DNA of 64,000 nucleotides, taken from positions 6,076,001-6,140,000 of the forward strand of contig OY740783.1 in the NCBI GenBank assembly GCA_963514005.1, given 5' to 3'. The position numbers and the translations under genes are program-made. Shown here in pieces: positions 63,655 to 64,000 of the stretch. Numbering within the stretch: the first letter of the stretch is position 1; every line of letters starts with the position of its first letter. The DNA is from Raja brachyura. Lineage: Eukaryota. The notes beneath the pieces are model-generated. The model saw nothing but the letters and a program-made list of their open reading frames with translations. It had not been told where the DNA came from and did no database searches.

Positions 63655-64000
63655 TACTAATACATACATTTAACTTCCAATTTTGAGCTGAACACATGGC
63701 CACCCAATTAATTATATAGAACATTTGCCAAAACGATGATGTTGATACGTGTAAATCTTGCCGACCATTCACGGAAAACGGATGCAGACTGCACACACAG
63801 TAACATCGGGGTTTGGGAGATAAGTCACAGCTGCACGAATAGCGGACTCACTTCAACATTATTGCTCTTGCTGGGTAGATATGGGTCCATGTCTGTGGAT
63901 CTCCATTTCTCTCCTTCTCCTGTTTCCAATCCATTCAGATCCAAGGCAGGATGTGAGACGTCGTAGCAACTCACCCTCTTCCGCCCGCATGAGGGGAACT

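Noticed and set aside
63655-64000. IgM transmembrane exons
   Set aside because: No TM1-like hydrophobic exon is visible; it probably lies beyond the window.

Overview
Vertebrate genomic DNA, almost certainly from a cartilaginous fish and probably a skate or ray; this is inferred from the HER1-type CR1 LINE tails and the IgM sequence. Most of the window is nested transposable elements: many CR1/HER1 LINE fragments, one full-length L1 with a 17-bp TSD, Penelope-like fragments and pLTR-derived tails, a non-autonomous Helitron, MITEs and minisatellites. The only host gene is a plus-strand, cluster-type immunoglobulin mu heavy-chain locus at 50557-63621, comprising leader, VH, a D-J block, CH1-CH4 and the secretory tailpiece. 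All exons are open and phase-1 compatible; the membrane exons are presumably beyond the window. Main observations: (1) D and J appear already fused in the assembled DNA behind an intact 12-RSS, a V / (D)DJ configuration. (2) The VH RSS has no nonamer at 23-bp spacing but a nonamer-like motif at 13 bp. (3) The J-C intron holds an inverted duplication with an octamer in each arm. (4) Octamer and ETS/E-box non-coding modules recur as paralogues in the unique DNA upstream. (5) Minimal hammerhead-ribozyme-like motifs and a perfect 124-bp palindrome occur in Penelope-type tails. Boundaries of degraded repeats are approximate; there is an assembly gap at 57874-58007.
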